In this document: in pieces, positions 49,916-59,141 of the stretch
Numbering within the stretch: the first letter of the stretch is position 1
How the letters are laid out: each line of letters starts with the position of its first letter
Made by a program: the position numbers and the translations under genes
The notes under the pieces: model-generated
The model's input: only the letters and a program-made list of their open reading frames with translations
What the model was told of the DNA's origin: nothing
Databases searched by the model: none
DNA from: Gammaproteobacteria bacterium
GTDB lineage: Bacteria > Pseudomonadota > Gammaproteobacteria > Eutrophobiales > Eutrophobiaceae
Length of the DNA stretch: 64,000 nucleotides
Reading direction: 5' to 3'
Assembly (NCBI GenBank): GCA_965221695.1
Contig: OZ244905.1
Coordinates: 3,392,001 to 3,456,000 of the forward strand

Positions 49916-51079
49916 TTACCCGCTCTCCATCAGCAAGGCGTCGCGATTATATGCTCTGCCATATTGGACCTGGCTGACGGTATCGAAGAACTGCATGGGG
50001 TCAAAGCAAGCCTCCACCGGCCAGACCCCGGGCTTTCTGAGTACGCCGCTTCCCAGCGCCAGCGCGCCTGCAGCGAGGGCAGCCGCTGTGCTCAGCGGCT
50101 CTGCCAACCCCAGGTTGACGGTGATCTCTGCGCCATCTTTTTCTCCACTGGCAGCGGCCCATTGCATGTAGGCGGGCAACCCGGCAGGGGCAGATTTTTG
50201 CTCTTCAGGCAGGCGGCCTATCTCGCTAAACATCGCCGCGACCGCGGTTTGAATATCCGCATTACCCTGTTTGTATGTCTGCGCGTGACGGTAGACCGCT
50301 GCGTTCACGGCATCGGGCAGAAAGGCCATACAAACAGCGATCGAATCAGTATCCGGCAGGTGATCGCGCAGGGTCGCGGCCGTGGACATCGCTACCGGGT
50401 ACATCCAGGTCTCATCGTGTCCGGGCAGTTTTACTTTCCTGCGGCTTTGCATTGGATCAACGACATGCAAGGTGGCGTTTTCGACAACCTGAACCGGGTC
50501 GGCAAAGATTTCTATCATCGTCTGGTGCACGGCCAGTGGCCGTTGCCGCGTTGTTATTTCTTCCAGTGCTTTCTCATCCCCGGGGAAGTAAAGATCGGTG
50601 GCCACAACAAAACCGGTGGCAAGCGTCCGGCATCGGTGCAACTGGCGGGCAGCGTGCACGCCGAGCATTGTCGTGACGCCCGGGGTGGAACCCACCCCCA
50701 CCATCGCAGTACGGCCGGCCGTTTGTGCTGCCTTGTGCCGGGCAAAGGCCTTTTCTGCCGCTTCCACAGATTCGCTGATATCAACATAAGCAACACCGGC
50801 ATTAATCGCCGCGTCCAGCGTCGGTTCGATAAGTTCCTGGTAAAAGCCGGTTGCGTTGACCAGCACGTCGGAGCCGTTCAGCGCCTCGGTCAGGGCCGCG
50901 CTGTTGCCGGCGTCAATCCCGATTACTTCCGCTTTGGCGCCGATCTCCTCAGCCGGCGCCGCGAGCCTGTCGGTGTTGCGCGCCCCGAGAGCAACTGTCT
51001 TGACCCGCTCATCGGCGGCCAGCAGTTTTGCCGCGCCGCTGCCGTATGCGCCGCTTGCGCCCAGTACAAATACTTTCAT
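49916..51079 (-). CDS. Saccharopine dehydrogenase-like NAD(P)-dependent oxidoreductase
   Basis: 'GASGAYG' Rossmann fold, 'YVDI', 'G.G..PG'. Confidence 0.75.
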   Translation of the reverse strand: MKVFVLGASGAYGSGAAKLLAADERVKTVALGARNTDRLAAPAEEIGAKAEVIGIDAGNSAALTEALNGSDVLVNATGFYQELIEPTLDAAINAGVAYVDISESVEAAEKAFARHKAAQTAGRTAMVGVGSTPGVTTMLGVHAARQLHRCRTLATGFVVATDLYFPGDEKALEEITTRQRPLAVHQTMIEIFADPVQVVENATLHVVDPMQSRRKVKLPGHDETWMYPVAMSTAATLRDHLPDTDSIAVCMAFLPDAVNAAVYRHAQTYKQGNADIQTAVAAMFSEIGRLPEEQKSAPAGLPAYMQWAAASGEKDGAEITVNLGLAEPLSTAAALAAGALALGSGVLRKPGVWPVEACFDPMQFFDTVSQVQYGRAYNRDALLMESG

Positions 51080-51118
51080 TTTCGGTTGTTTGTTCCGGTC
51101 AGCAGGTTGTTCACAGTG

Positions 51119-51907
51119 TCATTTCCCCTTCCACACGGGCTTGCGTTTTTCCGCAAAGGCACGCGGCCCTTCTTCGTGGTCTTCCGATTCCAGCATGGCC
51201 GCGTAGATCGGGAAGCGCCGCTCCCGGGTCGCGGCAAAGGCTTGTTCCACGCTCATATCGATGGAACCGTTTACCACTTCCTTAATTGCCCTTACGGATA
51301 ACGGCGCGCCGGTGGCGATATGCCGGGCCAACTCTCCCGCGCGGGTCAGGACTTCCGCTTTGGGCACGAGATAGTTGACCAGGCCGTGGCGCTGGGCCTC
51401 TTCCATGTCCATCTTGCGTCCGGTCAGCAGCATGTCCATCGCAATATTAATGGGCATCTTGCGCGGCAGGCGTTGCAGGCCGCCACCGTCAGCGGCGACT
51501 CCCACAAATGTCTCCGGCAGGGAAAATGTGGCATGGTCGGCCGCCACTACCAGGTCACAGGCGAGGATCAGTTCCACGCCTCCGCCGACCGCAATCCCAT
51601 TGACTGCGGCGATGACCGGCTTGTCCAGGTCAAACATTTCGGTTAGCCCTGCGAAGCCGCCTGCGCCATAATCATCATCTTCGCTGAGTCCTTCCAGTGC
51701 CGCCGCCTTGAGGTCCCAGCCGGCGCAAAAGATCCTGTCTCCGGCGCCGGTAATGACGGCGACCAGCAGTTCCGGGTCATCACGAAAGGAAGCAAAGGTC
51801 GCTCCGAGTTTGCGGCTGGTGACGGCATCGATGGCGTTGGCCTTGGGCCGATCCAGGGTGATGCTGAGGACCTTGCCCGCGCGTTCGATTTTTACGGCAT
51901 TGCTCAT
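51119..51907 (-). CDS. Enoyl-CoA hydratase, CaiD (carnitinyl-CoA dehydratase)-like
   Basis: 'DRPKANAID', 'FCAGWDLK', 'GGFAG', 'GGGVEL', 'EGPRAFAEKR'. Confidence 0.88.
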   Translation of the reverse strand: MSNAVKIERAGKVLSITLDRPKANAIDAVTSRKLGATFASFRDDPELLVAVITGAGDRIFCAGWDLKAAALEGLSEDDDYGAGGFAGLTEMFDLDKPVIAAVNGIAVGGGVELILACDLVVAADHATFSLPETFVGVAADGGGLQRLPRKMPINIAMDMLLTGRKMDMEEAQRHGLVNYLVPKAEVLTRAGELARHIATGAPLSVRAIKEVVNGSIDMSVEQAFAATRERRFPIYAAMLESEDHEEGPRAFAEKRKPVWKGK

Positions 51908-54900
51908 GCTGCGCTCTGCGCCGACTGTGCGGCGCGCATCCGGCTCCGTAACGCTTGCGTGGCATCCCGATCAATATCCAGGGAATCGTCCTCCACGTTT
52001 CCGGTCAGCGCGACTCCGTAGATATCCTGGGCCCGTTCCACCGTTTCCCAGCCTTCGAGTACGTCCATCCGGACCCGTTCAGGAACGCGATCGAGGGGAT
52101 CGCCGTAGCCGCCGCCGGAGGCATCAATACCGCGTATGTTTTCACCGGGTTGCAGTTCGACCACGACGACATTGGGTAGCTTTTTCAGCTTGCCGTTCTT
52201 GCGCACGAGAAAATTCTCCGAGCCGATTCCGGCATGGCCGCCAAGAACCCCTTTCGGGGGGTTCAACTGGCAGTCCGACGGGATCACGACGGTCATGGGG
52301 TCATGTTTCGGGCCATACTCCAGTTCCAGGCCGGGCGAGCCCCGCAGCCTTCCGGCGCCGCCCACAGCCCGCATCAGCCTCATAAAATTGAAATGCAACG
52401 GATGCTTGACCTCGTCCAGTTCGACACTGTCCTTGTACATCACGCCGGACACTGCCGGCACACCCCAGTTGACCCAGCCGTCCGCATGGGCGCTGCCCGG
52501 TCCGCCGCCGCACTGCATCATCAACTGGTTTACGTAGGGCGCGTTGCCGTGGCGGAAGTCGTTGCCAGAGACCACGGCCACCGCCGCCGACATGCAGCAG
52601 CCGCCCTCTGCCAGGCCGTAGCCGTCGCCTAGTTGTGCGATGGCCGTGGTCGTAGCGTTAACTAGCCGGTCGGCGACATTGGTGGTGGCCATGGAGGCGC
52701 TGAACGGAAGCGCCGGACGTCCCACCATCGCGCCGTCGCGCAGTTGGACATCAACCCGGCCGAAGGAACCGGCGTTCCGGGGCACATCTTCGTTAAGCCC
52801 GTGGAACAAGCCGCACAGCGCTTCGTTAATGGATGTCGCCTCGGTGAGATTGAATCCGCAGGGCTGGTTGTCCGGGTTATCGGTGAGGTCAATGGTTACC
52901 TTTCCCTGCTCCGGATCGATCTCCACTATGGACTTGATGAGGGCGCCATCGGGCAACACACCGGCTACCGGGTCATGCCGGGATTCCCCGATCACCCTGG
53001 TCTTCGGCAAACGGCGAATAAGCTGCGCCATACGCCGCTCCGAATAGTCGAACCATTCGGAGATAAACCGCTTGATGGTGTCGCGGCCGTATTTTTCGCA
53101 AAGGGCCTTGAGGCGCCGTTCTGCGATGCGCGCCGAACCCAGCGCCGCGAGCAGGTCGCCATACCATTGTTCCGGCACCCGGATACGGCGCATCCCCGTG
53201 CGGATCACGTCGTCAACCATTTTCCAGTCCCGTTGCAGCAGCACACAGGGAAATATCACCGCGCCTTCTTCGTAAAGATCACGCGCAGTCGCATGGTAGG
53301 TGGTCGGCAACGAATTGCCGATGTCGGCCTGGTGGGCCTTGGCGCAAGCGGTAAACAGATGTTCGCCTTCAAAAAACACGGGAACCAGCACGGTCTGGTC
53401 CGCGGCATGGGAATTGCCGTCATAAGGATCGTTGTGCAGGTAGGCGTCGCCGTCGCGGATGTTAGCGCCATGGATCCGGCACATGGACGCGCTTTGCAGG
53501 TGAGAACCGAAAATATGTACCGGCGCCCCTTCGGCAGATGCCAGCAGGCGGTTGTCGCCCGTGGTGAGGGCGCAGGAGAAATCACGAGCAACAGCAATTA
53601 CCGCCGAACGCGCGGCCCGCAACATGGTGTTGGTCATTTCCCGGACGATGCCATCAAACCGGTTGGCGAGCACGGCCGTCAACACCGGGTCCAGTCTTTC
53701 GCCGGCGCCGGCAATATTCAACGGTTCGGGTTTTTTTGCCGCCATCACTTCCAGTATGTAGTTGCCGGCGGCGCTGGCGCGCAGACGCATACCGGGATAG
53801 ACAACAACCGTGGTATTGGGTAATTCGATGATCGCGGGCCCTTCGACGAAGGCCCCGGACGGCACGTCTTGTTCCAGGTAAATGGGCGTTGGCAGCGCTT
53901 CTTCCCCGCCAAACCAGGCATCCCGCGTGGTACTGGGGCGGCTCGTGACCTGTGATGTCACCGGCGAGGCTTCCGCTGCCGGGCGTTGCAGTTGCAGGCG
54001 CACCCGGCCCTTCCAGTTCAGGCACTCCACTGCACTTTGTTCATCCCGAACCGCCAACACGCGCTCATGCACTTCATGGAACGCAAACACCAGTTTTTCG
54101 ATATCTTCCTGTCCGTGAAAACGCCGTACCGGCAGAGGAACATCCAGTTCCCAGACCTGGGTGTGGTAACGGGCTTCCACGGAATAGTCGATGACCGCGC
54201 TGGCCTTGACTTTTTCTTCCAGTCCCGCGACGAAACGATTGAGTTCCGCATCGATGGCTTCCAGGGCGCGATTGACGCCATCCCGGTCAAAATGCCTGCT
54301 GGTGGTGACCCGGCTTGCGCTATGTTCGAAATTGATATCTGAGAATTGCATGCCGCAGGCAGACAGTGCGCTTGCAGTACGGGGCAGTATCACCCGTTCA
54401 CAGCCCAGTTCCCTGGCAATGGGCATGATGTTCAGGCCCGCCGCGCCGCCACCGGCAACTATTGCGCTATGCTGGGGGTTGAAACCTTCCGATACGGTTA
54501 TATCCTGGATGGCCTTGATCATCAGATCGTTGGCCAGTGTCATAATGGAGTAGGCGGTCCGTTCAGGTGTCAGGCCCAGTTGTTCGCCGAGTTCTCCGAC
54601 CACCCGCCGCGCCGCCGCCACATCCAGCGGCATCTTTCCGCCGAGGAAATATTCGGGATCGATATAACCCAGCGTCAGGGCCGCATCGGTTACCGTGGGC
54701 GCATTGCCGCCATTGCCGTAGCAGGCGGGTCCGGGCATTGAGCCGGCGGATTGGGGGCCGACCTGCAGCAGGCCACCAGCATCGATCCAGGCAATGGAGC
54801 CGCCACCGGCGCCAATGGAGCGCATGTCCACCGAGGAGTTCGCCACCAGGTGGCCCGTGTATTCGCCGCCCAGCCAGGTTTCCCTGGTGTACTTCAGTTC

Positions 54901-55815
54901 GCCGTCGCGCACCAGGCCCACATCAAACGTAGTGCCGCCGGTATCGCAGACGATGACGTCATTGCCGAAATCTTCCAGTGTGGCAAAGGTCCTGCCGGCG
55001 ACCGGCGCCATGGACGGCCCGGACTTGACTGTGAAGATGGGGCGTTCGATCAGTTCATCCACATGCATGCAGCCACCGGACGATGTGGAGATCAGGATTT
55101 CGCCGCCATATCCGGCGTCCCGCAGATCTTGCTCCATTTGCACCAGGTGTTTTTGCATCAACGGTTTCAGTGATGCGTCTATCACGGTGGTCGAGGCGCG
55201 CCGGTATTCCCTGACGATAGGAATAAGCCGGTGTGAAAGTGTATAAGGAATACCGGGTATAATTTCTTCGATGAGTTTGCCTACTGCCTGTTCATGGGCA
55301 GGGTTGACGATTGACCACAACAGGCAGACAGCAATGGCCTCAAAATCCTTGCCGGCAACCTGTGCCAGAATTTCGCGGGTAGCGGTTTCATCCAGCTTCC
55401 TGACGACCTTGCCCTCGCTGTCTATGCGTTCCGGGATTTCAAAGGTATGGCGGCGCGGGATGTATGGGTCCGGATAATCTTTGCTGAAATCATGAGGATT
55501 GAACTTGCCGCCCTCGCGCAATACCAGGGTATCCGGAAATCCTGCAGTGAGGAGCGCGGCTGTCTTAGCGGTATTGCCGGTAACAATGGCATTGGTGGAA
55601 TGCGTGGTGCCGTAGATAAACACCTCGGTGGCAGCCAGCAATGCTTCGATATCCGTATCAAGTTGTTCGGCAGCATTGGCAATGGCATTGCGCATGCCTG
55701 CAAAAATACGGTCCGCGGTAGTCAGCGCCTTGCCTACGGTGTGTTTCCCCGCAGCGTCGGCCACGACTACATCCGTAAAAGTACCACCTGTGTCTACGGA
55801 GATGCGATAGCTCAT
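51904..55815 (-). CDS. Fused hydantoinase/oxoprolinase A+B protein (1303 aa)
   Basis: Residues 1-690 align with 40941-43013; the remainder aligns with 43026-44798 (shared KAHQADIGNS.PTTYHA...D.YEEGA.IFP). Confidence 0.9.
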   Translation of the reverse strand: MSYRISVDTGGTFTDVVVADAAGKHTVGKALTTADRIFAGMRNAIANAAEQLDTDIEALLAATEVFIYGTTHSTNAIVTGNTAKTAALLTAGFPDTLVLREGGKFNPHDFSKDYPDPYIPRRHTFEIPERIDSEGKVVRKLDETATREILAQVAGKDFEAIAVCLLWSIVNPAHEQAVGKLIEEIIPGIPYTLSHRLIPIVREYRRASTTVIDASLKPLMQKHLVQMEQDLRDAGYGGEILISTSSGGCMHVDELIERPIFTVKSGPSMAPVAGRTFATLEDFGNDVIVCDTGGTTFDVGLVRDGELKYTRETWLGGEYTGHLVANSSVDMRSIGAGGGSIAWIDAGGLLQVGPQSAGSMPGPACYGNGGNAPTVTDAALTLGYIDPEYFLGGKMPLDVAAARRVVGELGEQLGLTPERTAYSIMTLANDLMIKAIQDITVSEGFNPQHSAIVAGGGAAGLNIMPIARELGCERVILPRTASALSACGMQFSDINFEHSASRVTTSRHFDRDGVNRALEAIDAELNRFVAGLEEKVKASAVIDYSVEARYHTQVWELDVPLPVRRFHGQEDIEKLVFAFHEVHERVLAVRDEQSAVECLNWKGRVRLQLQRPAAEASPVTSQVTSRPSTTRDAWFGGEEALPTPIYLEQDVPSGAFVEGPAIIELPNTTVVVYPGMRLRASAAGNYILEVMAAKKPEPLNIAGAGERLDPVLTAVLANRFDGIVREMTNTMLRAARSAVIAVARDFSCALTTGDNRLLASAEGAPVHIFGSHLQSASMCRIHGANIRDGDAYLHNDPYDGNSHAADQTVLVPVFFEGEHLFTACAKAHQADIGNSLPTTYHATARDLYEEGAVIFPCVLLQRDWKMVDDVIRTGMRRIRVPEQWYGDLLAALGSARIAERRLKALCEKYGRDTIKRFISEWFDYSERRMAQLIRRLPKTRVIGESRHDPVAGVLPDGALIKSIVEIDPEQGKVTIDLTDNPDNQPCGFNLTEATSINEALCGLFHGLNEDVPRNAGSFGRVDVQLRDGAMVGRPALPFSASMATTNVADRLVNATTTAIAQLGDGYGLAEGGCCMSAAVAVVSGNDFRHGNAPYVNQLMMQCGGGPGSAHADGWVNWGVPAVSGVMYKDSVELDEVKHPLHFNFMRLMRAVGGAGRLRGSPGLELEYGPKHDPMTVVIPSDCQLNPPKGVLGGHAGIGSENFLVRKNGKLKKLPNVVVVELQPGENIRGIDASGGGYGDPLDRVPERVRMDVLEGWETVERAQDIYGVALTGNVEDDSLDIDRDATQALRSRMRAAQSAQSAA

Positions 55816-55909
55816 AATTCAATTCTCATACTAATGAGAGCCGAGAGTCTTATACTGGAACCTGATTATTCTGCTCCGGGCGCTGCCTGAAAAATTGTTC
55901 TTGTGTTAT

Positions 55910-55936
55910 TTTTAACGACTGTTAAAATTCTGTCAA
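55910..55936. promoter_or_regulatory. Candidate TetR operator next to a -35 box in the divergent promoter region
   Basis: TTTTAAC-GACT-GTTAAAA (55910-55927); TTGACA on the - strand at 55931-55936. Confidence 0.55.
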
Positions 55937-56032
55937 GCAATAAATTCAGCGAAACTGTGAGATAATCAACACAGACTTCAGGAGCCTCGGGGCAATCCCT
56001 TCCCACATTTTGCAAGCGTAACAAATGAGCAG

Positions 56033-56497
56033 ATGCAAATGGACAAGTCGATAATCGGCACAACCGGCCCGGACTATGAATTCATAGTGGAGCAGGGCAA
56101 GATTATGGAATTCGCCGATGCCATCCATTCCACCAATCCTGCATACAAGGGCGCTGCTGCGGTCGTTCCCCCGACATTCCTCACGGTTGCCGGCAATTAC
56201 TGGGGTTATACACTGGAAAACCCGAAGGATACGGTCTTCAGGGACCTGGGTATAGATACTTCCCTGCTGCTTCATGCCGAGGAAGAATATGAATTTTTCA
56301 GCTCGCCTCCGCGCGCCGGCGATCGCTTCAGCGTACGCCTGCGTCTGGCCGATGCCTGGGAAAAAACCGGGCGCAGAGGCGGCAAACTGACCTTTTACAA
56401 ATTCGAGACAGAATTTCGCAATGCCAATGGCGAACTGCATGCCGTACAACGCACGACCTGTGTGAAAACGGAAAAAGCGCCGGAGAAGGAAGTATGA
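56033..56497 (+). CDS. MaoC-like hot-dog protein (N-terminal/HadA-type partner)
   Basis: 'GKIMEFA', 'PPTF', 'LLHAEEEYEF'. Confidence 0.8.
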   Translation: MQMDKSIIGTTGPDYEFIVEQGKIMEFADAIHSTNPAYKGAAAVVPPTFLTVAGNYWGYTLENPKDTVFRDLGIDTSLLLHAEEEYEFFSSPPRAGDRFSVRLRLADAWEKTGRRGGKLTFYKFETEFRNANGELHAVQRTTCVKTEKAPEKEV

Positions 56498-56922
56498 CTG
56501 CAAAAATGGACAGCTCAGACCTGCGCGTTGGGTTGGCAACCGAAGCGCGTACTTTTGGTCCAATCAGCCGCACGGACATCGCAAAATATCAGGGCGCATC
56601 CGGTGACTGGAGCGTGCCCCACCACGATGATGACTACGCCCGACAACATGGATACGACGGTGTGTTTTCGCTGGGTATGTTGCATGCCGGCTTTCTGGCC
56701 ACGTTGGCGACAGATTGGCTTGGCGCGGCCAATGTGCGCCGTTTCAACACACGTTTTCGTGATGTGGGCTGGCCCGGCGACACCTTTACCTGCACTGCCT
56801 GCATTACCCGCAAATATGAATTCGAAGGGGAATCGCGGGTCGACCTGGAGCTGCTGTGCACACGCCAGACCGGTGGCATCGCGGCAGAGGGCACGGCAAC
56901 CTTTGCGGTAACGACCAGGTGA
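56494..56922 (+). CDS. MaoC-family (R)-specific enoyl-CoA hydratase/dehydratase
   Basis: Hydratase motif 'YQGASGDWSVPHHD', 'GML'. Confidence 0.85.
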   Translation: MTAKMDSSDLRVGLATEARTFGPISRTDIAKYQGASGDWSVPHHDDDYARQHGYDGVFSLGMLHAGFLATLATDWLGAANVRRFNTRFRDVGWPGDTFTCTACITRKYEFEGESRVDLELLCTRQTGGIAAEGTATFAVTTR

Positions 56923-57554
56923 AAGCGTCGGTGGCACAGGCAACGCCGCGGGAGCAAGCCGTGCGCAAGCAGATTCTGCGAGCGGCGGAGGCAGAATTTC
57001 GTGAAAAAGGCTATGCCGGCGCGAGCATGCGCTTGATCGCGAAACGGCTCGGGGTAACGGCGCCGGGAATCTACTATTACTTCAGGGACAAGCAGTCGCT
57101 GTTGTTCAGTTGTCTTGAATCCACGATAAGAAAACTGGTGGTTGACGGACAGCAAGCCAGCGCCGCCCATCCCGATGACCCGGTGGCGCAACTGGACGCA
57201 TTTATAGAAACTCACATCCGTTTCAATCTGGAACATTTTGCGCTGGACCTGAACGCAGCCTATACCCGCCTGCACGGTTTCGGCGCGTTGCAAAATGCGA
57301 TAAACAGTGAACAGGCCGCGACCATACGCGAGGTTGAAAAAGCGCATTTGAATACTCTGCGCGATATTCTTCGGCGCGGCCAGGAAAAAGGACTTTTTCA
57401 GCCGGTCGACTTGACTCCGACTGCTTTTGCAATTATTTCAGTCGCCGAACAGGTGCATACCTGGTTCAATCCAGCCGGCAGGTTGCCGCTTGAAGGTGTG
57501 ATACAACACACCGCGAGGATGGCGCGGCGCATGGTGGGTTTCAAAGACGCATGA
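56919..57554 (+). CDS. TetR/AcrR family regulator
   Basis: Probable GTG start overlapping the upstream stop (GTGA); HTH 'MRLIAKRLGVTAPGIYYYF'. Confidence 0.88.
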   Translation: MKASVAQATPREQAVRKQILRAAEAEFREKGYAGASMRLIAKRLGVTAPGIYYYFRDKQSLLFSCLESTIRKLVVDGQQASAAHPDDPVAQLDAFIETHIRFNLEHFALDLNAAYTRLHGFGALQNAINSEQAATIREVEKAHLNTLRDILRRGQEKGLFQPVDLTPTAFAIISVAEQVHTWFNPAGRLPLEGVIQHTARMARRMVGFKDA

Positions 57555-59128
57555 ATACCTGTCCGCTGTTGGAGCAACTGGTAGGCGAAGCGCAGTCCTG
57601 CCTGCCCCGGATTGCCGCGGCCCGAGCTGAGGCAACCCCTGACAATCCGTTTCTGCTGTGGGCAGGCGAGAGTTGGAGCTATGTCCGGGCCTGGGACCAT
57701 ATGCTGCGCTGCGCCGGTTTCTTGAATCGGCTCGGCGTCAGTGGCGCGGACCGGCGCATCGCCAGCTATTTGCCCAATTGCCCCGAGGCCATGTGGACCT
57801 GGTTCGGTGTCCACCTGTCCGGTTCGGTGTATGCGCCTTTGAACCGGGCGCACAAGGGAGAGCTGCTGGCGGATATGTTGAGCCGCACCGGGGCGAAGAC
57901 GCTGGTAACCGAACCCTCGGCCCTGGATCAACTCGATGTGTTTCAAGCGGCGGGGGTTGAAACCCTGATCATTACCGGACAGGAGACCAAGCATGGCTTC
58001 ATCCGGTTTGACGATTACCTGGACATGGAACCGGCTGTGCCGGTGTTTCCCGACCCGTCTTCGTTATGCACGCTGATGTATACATCGGGAACAACCGGGC
58101 GCTCCAAGGCGGTGCGCATACCTCATAACATGTACGCCCGCGGCGCGGCGCGAATTGCGGAATCGTTCGATTACCGGCCAAGTGACGTATTCCATATGTG
58201 GTTCCCGCTGTATCATATTGCCGGTTCGCTGCACCTGGTCGCAGCGATGATGATCGCCGGCGGCAGCGTTGCGATGTTCCCGACTTATTCAGCCAGTAAA
58301 TTCTGGCAGCAGGTAGAAGATACGGGCGCGACGTTTTTCGGCGGACTGGCAAACGTTATTCATACCCTGATGGCCGCGCCGCCTTCGGAGAATGATGCCG
58401 GCAACACGCTGAGGACGGGGATTGTCGCGATATTACCACCGGAGATGATCAGGCCGTTTGAAAAACGTTTTGGCGTGCAATTACGCGATACCTACGGCAT
58501 GACGGAAGCGGAACCCATTACCATTCCCGACCTGTCCCGGGAAAATCCGCCGGGATCTTCCGGTGTGCCGAACCCGGATTTCGAAATCAGGTTCGCCGAT
58601 GAGCATGACCGGCCGGTTGCCCCGGGCGAGACCGGCCAGATACTTGTGCGTCCCATGCAACCGGATATCATGATGCTCGGTTACGAAGGAGATGATGCGG
58701 CCACGCTGGAAGTGTTCCGCAACCTCTGGTTTCATACCGGGGACCTTGGACACCAGGATGAGGACGGATTCATCTTCGTACACGGCAGGATCAAGCATAT
58801 GATCCGGCGCCGGGGGGAAAACATCTCGACCTGGGAACTGGAAAAGTTTATCGGTGAACACCCGCAGGTGGACGAAGTGGCTTGTGTGGGAGTGCCCTCG
58901 TCCCTGGGAGAAGAAGATGTCAAAGCCGTGATCGTGCCGGCGCCCGGCAATCCGCCGGACGCCAGAGAATTACACGCCTGGTGCCGGGAAAAAATGGCGC
59001 GCTTCATGGTGCCTCGCTACATGGAGCTTACTGAGGCGCTTCCCCTTAATCATGTCGGCAAGGTAGAAAAAGAGGCATTGAAAACCATTACGGATGCCAC
59101 CTGGGATGCCGAACGTAACGCGGAGTAG
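57551..59128 (+). CDS. ATP-dependent acyl-CoA ligase, CaiC-like
   Basis: 'YTSGTTGRSK', 'YGMTE', 'WFHTGD', 'IRRRGENIS'. Confidence 0.92.
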   Translation: MNTCPLLEQLVGEAQSCLPRIAAARAEATPDNPFLLWAGESWSYVRAWDHMLRCAGFLNRLGVSGADRRIASYLPNCPEAMWTWFGVHLSGSVYAPLNRAHKGELLADMLSRTGAKTLVTEPSALDQLDVFQAAGVETLIITGQETKHGFIRFDDYLDMEPAVPVFPDPSSLCTLMYTSGTTGRSKAVRIPHNMYARGAARIAESFDYRPSDVFHMWFPLYHIAGSLHLVAAMMIAGGSVAMFPTYSASKFWQQVEDTGATFFGGLANVIHTLMAAPPSENDAGNTLRTGIVAILPPEMIRPFEKRFGVQLRDTYGMTEAEPITIPDLSRENPPGSSGVPNPDFEIRFADEHDRPVAPGETGQILVRPMQPDIMMLGYEGDDAATLEVFRNLWFHTGDLGHQDEDGFIFVHGRIKHMIRRRGENISTWELEKFIGEHPQVDEVACVGVPSSLGEEDVKAVIVPAPGNPPDARELHAWCREKMARFMVPRYMELTEALPLNHVGKVEKEALKTITDATWDAERNAE

Positions 59129-59141
59129 GAGGACTGGAGTA

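Noticed and set aside
55857-55877. GGAACCTGATTATTCTG as another MITE end (also CTCTGATTA at ~11517 and TCAGAGTAC at ~40063)
   Set aside because: Too short or degenerate, with no inverted partner and no flanking duplication.
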